Below the pieces are notes generated by a model. That model was not told the origin of the DNA and did no database searches. It saw only the letters and a list, made by a program, of their open reading frames with translations. Shown piece after piece: positions 36,897-45,487 of a DNA stretch of 64,000 nucleotides. Within the stretch, counting starts at the first letter, position 1. Each line of letters begins with the position of its first letter. The stretch is from positions 1-64,000 of IMG/VR virus record IMGVR_UViG_3300042988_000510, one strand, 5' to 3'. The position numbers were made by a program, and so were the translations under genes. Origin of the DNA: a virus.

Positions 36897-37601
36897 AGCC
36901 CACGTCAAAACCTACACCCGCAAGGACGGGACCGTCGTCAAGGAGCACGATGATAAACGCCATGCTGCCGGAGCGAAGCCTTCGACTTCGCCCAAGGGTG
37001 GCGCCAAGAAGTTACCCGGTCATTGGATGGATGCGCATGACCACGCAGTCGAAGCGTCGTATGCTGCGTGGAATCACGGGGAGCCGCATGAGGATGCGAT
37101 CAAGTCGCTCAAGAACAGCATCAAGCACCACAGGGCTGCGGCCAAGGCCGCAGTGGATGCCGGGGACGATGATGCTGCGCAACTGCATCTAGGCAAGGTC
37201 AAAAATCACCAGCGGTCGATTCAGCAGCATGAGGACCATATGAAAAGATCGAAGGGGGATGGGTGATGTTGCTGCTGTTCAAATCACGCACACCCGAGAC
37301 CCGTGCCGAACTGGCCAAGGAGCACAAGCGACTGGTGGCCGTGCTCCGCTCCCCCTCGCACAAGGACGACCTGGAGGAGGCTGATAAGCAGGAGGAAGAG
37401 CTTGAGGAGTACGACCTGGCCAAGGCCATCACCCGCAGTCGGGCCGACTCGGCGCTCAACTACCGGCTGCAGATGATCGATGCGCAGTTGGGTCCGTTGG
37501 CGGCGGCGTCCAATGTCGACCCGGCGTCCCGGGCACGCTATGAGTCCCTCGTTCAGGAACGCTATACCATCATGGTCGCATTGGGGGATGCGAGTATTTA
37601 G
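36880..37601 (+). CDS. Two small putative internal head proteins (36880..37266, 37263..37601)
   Basis: N-termini 'MLLFFKAHVKTYTRKDGT' and 'MLLLFKSR' match the cargo motif of 23805..26081. Confidence 0.6.
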
Positions 37602-37604
37602 TTC

Positions 37605-37632
37605 TTGCTTCTGTGAATAGCATTGCTATTAT
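37605..37632 (+). promoter_or_regulatory. Promoter and operator of an accessory operon
   Basis: TTGCTT-16 nt-TATTAT; AATAGCATTGCTATT at 37616-37630. Confidence 0.65.
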
Positions 37633-37665
37633 GTGCGCGTGTTCAATTCAACCAAGAGACGCGCC

Positions 37666-38289
37666 ATGACTGACCTTCAATCCCAACTCAACCAGTTCAC
37701 TGGAACCGAGACCTACCACCGTCACTTTATCAGCCGCCGGCTGCAGTGGACCGATGGTGTCGAGTTCTTCGCCAAGCATGCTAAGGCGTACTGGCTGATC
37801 GATGCCATTGCCATATGTGTGAACGGCCGTAATGGGCCGGTGCCCGATGCCGTTCCCTGTAAGGGTCCTTTCGGCATCGTCGTGCTTGATGTTGTCGAAA
37901 ACGACAGTAGTCGCTTTGCCATGCTGCAGGTTCTGTCCGACTACGACGAAAACGACGAAAGCGTCGGCGATCAGCTTTGGTCGGCGATTATCGGGGGTAC
38001 CGACTGCCTGGTCGGTCGGTGGCTTTTCTATCTTGTGGCCAACGACCAGCACGTCGTCATGATGCTGCCAAAGGAGTATTGAGCCATGAAAACCCTGCAA
38101 ACCGTGAACGGGCACCAAGTGGTGATCCACGATATGAACGGCACTGGGTCATTCCCGATCAAGGGTACGATCATGAAAAAGCCACCGCATGACGGGAATC
38201 CGCTCAGGTATGAGATTTGGCAGGCCAATGGGCGCGTCAGTGTGTTCAACCCGTCTGGGTGGGATTTGGTCATGGAGGCACGGTCATGA
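37666..38289 (+). CDS. DUF6876-like protein (37666..38082) and small hypothetical (38086..38289)
   Basis: 'LNQFTGTETYHRH...TDGV...AYWLIDAI...MLPKEY'. Confidence 0.6.
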
Positions 38290-39815
38290 GCGAGTTGGTC
38301 GAGTCTTTCGAGTTTTTCGCGCCCGTGTCCACCGGCATGATCGAGGGCATGGTGGCAGGCTATCAGGCCATGCGCCACAAGATCGAACAGGTGGCTGCCC
38401 TGTTCCAGGGTGACAGGGCCAAGGTGGTCGACTACTTCATTGACGGCAATCGCCGGATGGATAATTCGCGCTATTCCAGCCTATCGGCCGAGCAGATATT
38501 CCGGCTTGACGGCGCTGTGGCATCGCTCAATGCCGAGTATTGGCGCCGGGCCATGGCGGCTACCGACGTCTGGGATTACATGCCACAGGCGCGGCGGGAC
38601 GAGTGGAACAAATCCATCCTGGATATGACCTGCCCCGACTTCGAGGAAGAAACGGTGCGGGCCACGCTCCAAACCCTGATCCACAGCCGCGCCAAGTTCT
38701 TCGCTGAGCGGGTCGACGGCATCTTTCGGGCGCTGTCGCATGAGCATGTCACCAACAACCCGATGGGGTTCGGCAAGCGCATGATCATCAACTACGCCAT
38801 GGATGGCTTTGGCTCGATCAACAGCAGCCGGGCCGGGTATGTGAACGACTTGCGGTGTGTCATCGCCAAATTCATGGGCCGGGATGAACCGGGCTGGGGG
38901 GCGTCCACCCACATGGTCCGCGACCTGAAGTCGTGCTTTGGCGAGTGGCGGCCGGTCGATGGCAATGCCTTCCGCATCCGGCTGTACAAGAAGGGCACGG
39001 TGCATCTGGAGGTGCATCCGGATATGGCTTGGCGCCTGAACGCGGTGCTGGCCAGTCTGTACCCGGCTGCGATCCCTTCGCAGTTCCGCACACCACCGAA
39101 GACCAAGCCCAAGGACTTTGTCCTGATGGACCGGCCGTTACCGTTTGCCGTGATCGAGGCGCTCTATAACTCGCGGGAGTTCCCGGGCAACAAGATTTCC
39201 TGCTACATCAGCGATAAGCATCTGCGGGCTGAGGTCGGGCATGTGCTGGAGGCGATTGGCGGGGTGCATGTGGGGCTGGGCGATTACCAGTTCGACTTCA
39301 ATCCCAAGGAAGTGATTCAGGAGATCGCCCGCACTGGCTGCATTCCGGACTCGCGCAGCTATCAGTTCTACCCGACGCCGGCCGATCTGGCCGAGAAGGC
39401 GGTGGAGTTGGCTGACATTGGTCCCGAGCACGCCTGCCTGGAGCCCAGCGCCGGCAATGGTGGGCTGGCGGATTTCATGCCCAAGGACCGCACGACCTGT
39501 ATCGAACTTAACGACCTGCGCTGCAAGGTGCTGGATGCCAAAGGCCACAGATGGATGCAGGCCGATTTCCTCGCGCTCGATCTGAACGAGCGATATGACC
39601 GCATCGTCATGAACCCGCCATTTGCTGATAACCGCTGGTGGCGGCACACTGAGAAAGCCGTGAGCCTGCTGAAACCCGGCGGCCGGCTGGTGGCCATCTT
39701 GCCGGAGTCTGCCAAAAAGTCCGACCTGCTACCCGGCGTGGTTAAGCACTGGCACGGTCCATGGTCATTCCCGGGCACGTCCATATCGGTGGTGATGCTG
39801 GTGGTTTTCACTTAA
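38286..39815 (+). CDS. DUF4942-like domain fused to an adenine DNA methyltransferase
   Basis: 'QFYPTP', 'LEPSAGNG', 'MNPPF', 'LKPGGRLVAILP'; N-part 'RIRLYKKGTVHL'. Confidence 0.8.
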   Translation: MSELVESFEFFAPVSTGMIEGMVAGYQAMRHKIEQVAALFQGDRAKVVDYFIDGNRRMDNSRYSSLSAEQIFRLDGAVASLNAEYWRRAMAATDVWDYMPQARRDEWNKSILDMTCPDFEEETVRATLQTLIHSRAKFFAERVDGIFRALSHEHVTNNPMGFGKRMIINYAMDGFGSINSSRAGYVNDLRCVIAKFMGRDEPGWGASTHMVRDLKSCFGEWRPVDGNAFRIRLYKKGTVHLEVHPDMAWRLNAVLASLYPAAIPSQFRTPPKTKPKDFVLMDRPLPFAVIEALYNSREFPGNKISCYISDKHLRAEVGHVLEAIGGVHVGLGDYQFDFNPKEVIQEIARTGCIPDSRSYQFYPTPADLAEKAVELADIGPEHACLEPSAGNGGLADFMPKDRTTCIELNDLRCKVLDAKGHRWMQADFLALDLNERYDRIVMNPPFADNRWWRHTEKAVSLLKPGGRLVAILPESAKKSDLLPGVVKHWHGPWSFPGTSISVVMLVVFT

Positions 39816-39839
39816 CGCTTTTCCTGTGAGGCGATCCTT

Positions 39840-39865
39840 GCCCGGCTTCGGTCGGGCTTTTTTTT
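39840..39865 (+). terminator. Rho-independent terminator
   Basis: GCCCGGC-ttcg-GTCGGGC followed by T8. Confidence 0.85.
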
Positions 39866-39899
39866 GCCCGGTGGAAAATCGTGACGCCACCATGGCGGC

Positions 39900-40799
39900 A
39901 TGAATGATGAAGCCTTGCTTGCGCACATCCCTGAGCACTTTGCGTTTAACGCACTACTGAAGGCCACGCCTCATGAGGAGAATGGCGGCCGGTTCATTTA
40001 CGTCGAGGCCAGCAAGGAATCCCGCGACCAGCAGGGCGAGATTGTCCTGGCTAAGGCGCTGCAGGAGTCGGTCGACGTATTTATGAAGTTTGGTGTGGTC
40101 GATCTTGACCACAAGTCCATGCCATCCGTGGCCAGGCAGTACGGCATCGAGCATCCGGACGAATGGATCATCGGGCAGCCGAAGCAGGTTAGTTTCGATG
40201 GTGGCACCACCTTCGTCAAGGCGCAGCTACGGCAGGGTGAATCCGTGCTCGCTAACCGCGCCAACCGAGTTTGGGAAGGGCTCACCAAGCTCAACCCGCC
40301 AGACCGCTATTACGCATCCGTTGGTGGATCGGTACTGGCGAAAAGCGTGGAGATTGATCCACTCACGAAAGCCAGGACCCCGGTCATCACCAAGACTCGC
40401 TGGGACAACCTGGCGCTGTCGCTTTCTCCTGTGCATCCGGACCTGAGCCCGGCAACCACCATCCCTGTCGGCACGTTCGCCAAGTCGCTTGGCGGCTTTG
40501 TGCTCTCGAAAACCCTGACGGCTGGTTATGGCACCGACTCGGCTGTATTGGCCGGTGGCGCTGCTCTCCGGCTGCAATCCCTGCACGGATCACCCCTCTC
40601 CTATCTCGACTTTCATCGTGAGCTATCTACCGCGCTGAAAAGTCGTGACAGCAAGCTAGACGGCAACGAGCACCCGCTCAAATCTCGACTTGTCGGTTGG
40701 GCAGAGTCCATCGGCGTGGAGGGTAATCAGGCGGTGTCATGGGTGCATCGGTTTTTGTTCGACGCGGCCAAAGATTTGAAAACTCGGAGATCACGATGA
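39900..40799 (+). CDS. Prohead maturation protease
   Basis: 'EASKESRDQQGEIV', 'DLDH', 'IIG.P', 'ASVGG' (herpes/HK97-type His and Ser motifs); upstream of scaffold and capsid genes. Confidence 0.75.
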   Translation: MNDEALLAHIPEHFAFNALLKATPHEENGGRFIYVEASKESRDQQGEIVLAKALQESVDVFMKFGVVDLDHKSMPSVARQYGIEHPDEWIIGQPKQVSFDGGTTFVKAQLRQGESVLANRANRVWEGLTKLNPPDRYYASVGGSVLAKSVEIDPLTKARTPVITKTRWDNLALSLSPVHPDLSPATTIPVGTFAKSLGGFVLSKTLTAGYGTDSAVLAGGAALRLQSLHGSPLSYLDFHRELSTALKSRDSKLDGNEHPLKSRLVGWAESIGVEGNQAVSWVHRFLFDAAKDLKTRRSR

Positions 40800-41386
40800 G
40801 TGTTTATGACGAACTACTGACCGAACTGGAAACCCTGGCCAAAGCCATGCCCGAGGCCGATGAGAACCTCGAGGAAGAGGGTAAGGCCCATGCTGAGCCG
40901 GACGCCGATGATGAAGGCGGCCCCTCGGATGGTGACGAGGACAACGAGGACAAGCCCATGGCCAAGTCCATGAGTGTCACGCTGCCCGATGGCACCGAGG
41001 CTGAGGCTGTTGATGGTATGGAGTTGATTAAGTCACTCCAAACCCAGTTTCAGTCCCAGATGGACGTGATGACCGAAGGTTCTGGAAAGGTCCTGAAGGT
41101 CATGTCCGTTCACCTCAAGGAACAAGCAGAGCTTATCAAGTCCCTGAAAAGCGACATTGACAGCCTGCGCTCCGAAGGCCGCGGCCGCAAGACCGTGGTC
41201 ACCATGGCCGGCGCCGATCCCGAACCGATGGCCAAGTCCATGGCCGTCACCCCGAGCGAGGTCCTGAGCAAGTGCCTGGACGCACAGAAGGCCGGCAAGT
41301 TGACCGCGCTGGATGTGTCGATGGCCGAGGGCTACCTGAATCGCGGCATGCAGATCCCTGACCGCATCGTCAGTGCCATTTCCTAA
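40796..41386 (+). CDS. Probable scaffold protein
   Basis: Acidic, coiled-coil, five [LM]xK[SA] sites; between protease and capsid. Confidence 0.65.
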   Translation: MSVYDELLTELETLAKAMPEADENLEEEGKAHAEPDADDEGGPSDGDEDNEDKPMAKSMSVTLPDGTEAEAVDGMELIKSLQTQFQSQMDVMTEGSGKVLKVMSVHLKEQAELIKSLKSDIDSLRSEGRGRKTVVTMAGADPEPMAKSMAVTPSEVLSKCLDAQKAGKLTALDVSMAEGYLNRGMQIPDRIVSAIS

Positions 41387-41412
41387 CCCCTGAAATCAAG
41401 AGGAAACCCCAA

Positions 41413-42861
41413 ATGTTGAACCCTAACGCACTCCCCGCGATTTCTGGCGGACAGAGCATCACTGGCGAAATGGCCATGAACGATGTCGCCGATCTGCGCA
41501 AAGCTCTCGAGGCCGGTTACGGCACCGACGTTGCTGCCCTGACCGGTGGCGGCGCCCTGCGTATCCAGTCCCTGGAAAAGACGCTGATGTCTACCATCCA
41601 GGAGAACAAGCACTTCGCCCTGTTCAATGCCCTGGCCAAGAGCAACGCGACCGCGACCGTTGACGAATGGACTGAGCAGTCCGGTGTCGGCGGCTTCCTG
41701 GGTGGCTCGACCAACAGCGAAACCGGCAACATTGCCGCAGCTACTGGCGCGTATGCCCGCAGGACCGGTCAGGTCAAGTACCTGATGACCCGTCGTGAGG
41801 TGTCGTTCGTGGCTACCCTGCAGAACGCCATTGTCGAGGCTGAGGCGGTCGAGCAGCAGAACGGCGCTCTCCAGCTTCTGACCGACGCCGAGTTCCTGGC
41901 ATTCGAGGGTGATTCCACCGTCGTGCCGACCGAGTTCGACGGCATCAAGGCGCTGATCACCGGCCTGGGCTCGTCCGACCACGTTCTGGACGCTCAGGCT
42001 TCTACCCTGGCATCCATCAACCTGGTCAACACCGCTGCCAAGACCATCACCGGCTACGGCAACTTCGGCACACCGACCCATCTGTTCATGTCGCAGGCGG
42101 TTCAGGCTGACTTCGACAACGGTCTGGACCCGGCTTTCCGCGTCCCGCTGACCGACGTGCCGAATGGCGGTCTGATGCTGGGTTCTCCGGTGGTCGGTAT
42201 CCGTACCTCCTGGGGCAACATCGCCACCGTACCGGATGTGTTCATCCGCGACGAGCAGCAGCAGAAGGCGTTTGAGATTGACTTCGCCAGCATCGCGGCT
42301 GCCAACACCTTTGCGCCTGCCAGCGTCACCGTTGCCGCTGCCACTGATGACGCATCCAGCCAGTTCACCAGCGCACGCGCCGGCAACTACTACTGGTACG
42401 TCACGGGCGTCAACGCCAAGGGCCAGTCGGTGGGTGTCAAGACCTCGCAGACCGCAGTTGCGGCCGGCAAGAAAGCGGTCCTGACCATCACTGCCTCCGT
42501 CACGGGTGAGGAAACCGGCTACGCGATCTACCGCAGCCGTCAGAATGGCACCAATGCCACCGCTGACTTCCGTCTGATGGCGCGTGTTGCGAAGGCAGGT
42601 GCTACCACGACCTACACCGACCTGAACCGGGAGATTCCAGGCACCAGCACGGCGTACATCCTCAACATGAGCCCGGGCGCTCAGGCCATCAATTGGCGTC
42701 AGTTCCTGCCGATGCTCAAGTTCCCGCTGTACCCGACTGTGTCCGCGACCGTGCCTTGGGCGCAGTTGCTGTTCGGTTATCTCCGGATCGGCAAGCGCAA
42801 GCACCACGTGGTCATCAAGAACGTGCTCCCCAACAGCGCAGTCTGGCGCCCGTTCGCGTAA
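41413..42861 (+). CDS. Major capsid protein
   Basis: 482 aa; 'KALEAGYGTD...GGALRIQSLE' and 'F.GDS...EFDG' resemble SPO1/Twort/A511-type capsids; strong codon bias. Confidence 0.85.
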   Translation: MLNPNALPAISGGQSITGEMAMNDVADLRKALEAGYGTDVAALTGGGALRIQSLEKTLMSTIQENKHFALFNALAKSNATATVDEWTEQSGVGGFLGGSTNSETGNIAAATGAYARRTGQVKYLMTRREVSFVATLQNAIVEAEAVEQQNGALQLLTDAEFLAFEGDSTVVPTEFDGIKALITGLGSSDHVLDAQASTLASINLVNTAAKTITGYGNFGTPTHLFMSQAVQADFDNGLDPAFRVPLTDVPNGGLMLGSPVVGIRTSWGNIATVPDVFIRDEQQQKAFEIDFASIAAANTFAPASVTVAAATDDASSQFTSARAGNYYWYVTGVNAKGQSVGVKTSQTAVAAGKKAVLTITASVTGEETGYAIYRSRQNGTNATADFRLMARVAKAGATTTYTDLNREIPGTSTAYILNMSPGAQAINWRQFLPMLKFPLYPTVSATVPWAQLLFGYLRIGKRKHHVVIKNVLPNSAVWRPFA

Positions 42862-42939
42862 CCGGTTCCTACCTGGGGCTGAAGCCTGTGAGGGCGGCGT
42901 GACTTAACCCTGCCGCCTTCACTTTTTTGAGGGTACTTT

Positions 42940-43949
42940 ATGTTCAAGATCAAGTGTTTTCTCCCCAACGCCAGCGACAGCATCAACGGCATTGCCTTCT
43001 CGCCCTGCGAGGATGGTGGTGTTGAGTCTGTCGATGCCGTATCGGAGGAGGACGCCAGGCAGTTTGAGGGCATCCAGGGTTATGCCCTGATCCCGTCCGA
43101 ACCCACCAAGGCCCGCAAGGGCAAAGCCAAAGAGGAATAAATCATGGCACGCGATGTAGTAGACGAACTCAACCGGGCTATGCCCGCCAATGCCCGGGTC
43201 AAGCTGGGTCAGGTCATGGCCGACATCATTCAGTCCCTGAACGGTGTCAATGAGGCACCGGCCGCGCTGGTGACCTACATCGATGATCTGGCTGGCATGA
43301 TCGATGAAATGGCGACTCGTTTTGACACGCTGTCCACGGCGGTCAATGGTGTTGCTGTTGCGGCCAACACCTTGGCGACTCGACTGGACACCACCAACAC
43401 CGCTGTCAAGGGTCTGGGCACCAAGCTGGACCTGGATGGTGGCGTCACCGACACCAACTATGCCGCCACCGTGACGGGTTCTTTGGTCACCACGATTCAG
43501 GCTGATCTGAACATGGACGTGGTATCGGTCGTCACTGACACGCAGGCTGATCTGAACGCGGATGATGTTGATGCGGCTGGCGATGTCAGTATCGATGCCG
43601 TCACCCCGGTCAAGACGCTTTCTGAGCGTGCTGCCGAGATTGGTGGCTGATTATGACTGAGACCGTCATTCTCAATCTGATTTCTGCTTTGGTGCATGTG
43701 CTACTGCCCAGCTATACCTGGGACCGGATGCGGGCTGCAGTGGGGCGCTGGGATGACAAGTTCGACGCCACCGGCAAGAAGTTGCCCGGCACCGAAAAAA
43801 AGCAGGGCGTTCTCGACGAACTTGAGTTTCTCGGCATTCGCGGTGCTCAGTGGCTTGTCGGCGCTTTGATCGATCTCGCGGTCATGAAGCTCCGCATCGA
43901 CCAGGGCAAGCCGCTCGATATCGAAGTCAAGAAGCCCGAGGAATCCTGA
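42940..43949 (+). CDS. Three small head-associated or hypothetical proteins (42940..43140, 43144..43650, 43653..43949)
   Basis: Closely packed ORFs after the capsid gene, followed by a terminator. Confidence 0.65.
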
Positions 43950-43967
43950 CCCGCCATCACCTCGCAA

Positions 43968-43993
43968 AAGCCCGGCACTGACCGGGCTTTTTT
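43968..43993 (+). terminator. Rho-independent terminator
   Basis: AAGCCCGG-cactga-CCGGGCTT followed by a T tract. Confidence 0.8.
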
Positions 43994-44037
43994 AATCGTG
44001 ACGGCAAACTGAAGCCATCGAAACAGCGGAGTCGCAC

Positions 44038-44337
44038 ATGAGCAAACTGCAGCAAATCAAAGCGAACTACGGGCTGAGTTCCGACAAGGCGGGCGACCTC
44101 AAGTCGAACGTCTACAACTGGGCCATTGTCGCCGTGATCCTGGATAAGGTCGCCGACCACATCATTGGCATGCAGGCCGGCTGGATTCAGACCGCACTGT
44201 TGATCCTGTTCCTGGCTGCGCTGTCCTACATCTCCAAACTGACTGTGGGCAACATCCCGCCGGCCAATGCGGAGATCATCAATCGCAAGATCGAGGAAAT
44301 GGATGCCGAGGAACTGTTGAGGGCAGGGAGGGAGTGA
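44038..44337 (+). CDS. Probable holin
   Basis: 99 aa, two hydrophobic segments, charged C-terminus, directly before the endolysin. Confidence 0.55.
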   Translation: MSKLQQIKANYGLSSDKAGDLKSNVYNWAIVAVILDKVADHIIGMQAGWIQTALLILFLAALSYISKLTVGNIPPANAEIINRKIEEMDAEELLRAGRE

Positions 44338-45044
44338 TGGGAATCTTCGATTGGTTTCGGCGCAAGGGCCATATTGCTGACGGCAGCAAAATGGTTCAAC
44401 CACTACCCGCGCAGCCGCTGATTGAAAAGCCTGCGGCTCCGGTTGCGCCTGTAGTCAAAGTCCCCAACCCCATAAGCCCAAAAGCCCCGACGCTGATCAC
44501 GCTGGATCAACTCCGGCGCGGCATGGGCATCAGCCGGGAGCGGGCCGACTATTGGGATGACTGGCTGAATGAAGCCATGAGCCTCTACGGCATCAACACG
44601 CCGAAGCGCATTGCCGCATTTTTGGCGCAAGTCGGGCATGAGTCGACGCGGCTCAAAGATACCAGCGAAATCTGGGGGCCAACACGCGCACAGCGGCGCT
44701 ACGAGGGCCGGCGCGACCTCGGCAACATCTACAAGGGAGACGGCTCCCGCTTTCGCGGCCATGGCCTTATCCAGACCACTGGCCGTTTTAACCACCGCAG
44801 GGTCACGCAAAGACTCCGGGCGCGATTCCCGAACTTGGGCGTTCCCGACTTCGAGGCCGAACCAAACAAACTGACCCTGCCGCGATGGGCGGCGCTGAGT
44901 GCGGCTGACTACTGGGACATGAAAAACCTCAACCCAAAAGCCGACGCGGGGCAGCTCAAGGCGATCACCAAGGCGATCAATGGCGGATATAACGGGTTGG
45001 CAGACCGGCTGAAGCTATGGGACCAGTTCAAGCAAGTCCTATGA
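44334..45044 (+). CDS. Endolysin, glycoside hydrolase family 19
   Basis: 'AAFLAQVGHES', 'FRGHGLIQTTGRFN', 'ITKAINGGYNGLADR'. Confidence 0.9.
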   Translation: MMGIFDWFRRKGHIADGSKMVQPLPAQPLIEKPAAPVAPVVKVPNPISPKAPTLITLDQLRRGMGISRERADYWDDWLNEAMSLYGINTPKRIAAFLAQVGHESTRLKDTSEIWGPTRAQRRYEGRRDLGNIYKGDGSRFRGHGLIQTTGRFNHRRVTQRLRARFPNLGVPDFEAEPNKLTLPRWAALSAADYWDMKNLNPKADAGQLKAITKAINGGYNGLADRLKLWDQFKQVL

Positions 45045-45487
45045 CGCTATCAATCCGCCCATGCACTCTCAAACAGGCCAATGACTTTGTGCGTGAGATG
45101 CACCGGCACCATAAGCCGACCGTTGGACACAAGTTCAGCATTGCGCTGTATGACGATGAACGGATGGTGGGCGTGGTGATTGTCGGTAGGCCAGTTGCGC
45201 GTCGCTTTGACGATGGGCTGACAGCCGAAGTTAATCGATGCTGCACAGACGGCACCGCTAACGCCTGTTCGATGCTGTATGGCGCTGCCCGTCGGGCGGC
45301 AGCCGCCATGGGCTACAAGCGACTGATTACCTACACCCTACCAGATGAAGGCGGTGCGTCATTGCGCGGCGCTGGCTGGCGTCATGTCGGGCTTGCTGGC
45401 GGCGGCAACTGGAACGTGCCATCCAGGCCAAGGCAGGACACGATTGAAACGCTGTCAGTCAAAAAATGGCTGTGGGAAGCAGCATGA
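45041..45487 (+). CDS. XF1762-family (Mom-like GNAT-fold) protein
   Basis: 'ANDFV..HRHHKP..GHKFSI', 'GV.IVGRPVAR', 'EVNRCCTDGTANACSMLY', 'ITYTL..E.GASLR.AGW'. Confidence 0.75.
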   Translation: MTLSIRPCTLKQANDFVREMHRHHKPTVGHKFSIALYDDERMVGVVIVGRPVARRFDDGLTAEVNRCCTDGTANACSMLYGAARRAAAAMGYKRLITYTLPDEGGASLRGAGWRHVGLAGGGNWNVPSRPRQDTIETLSVKKWLWEAA

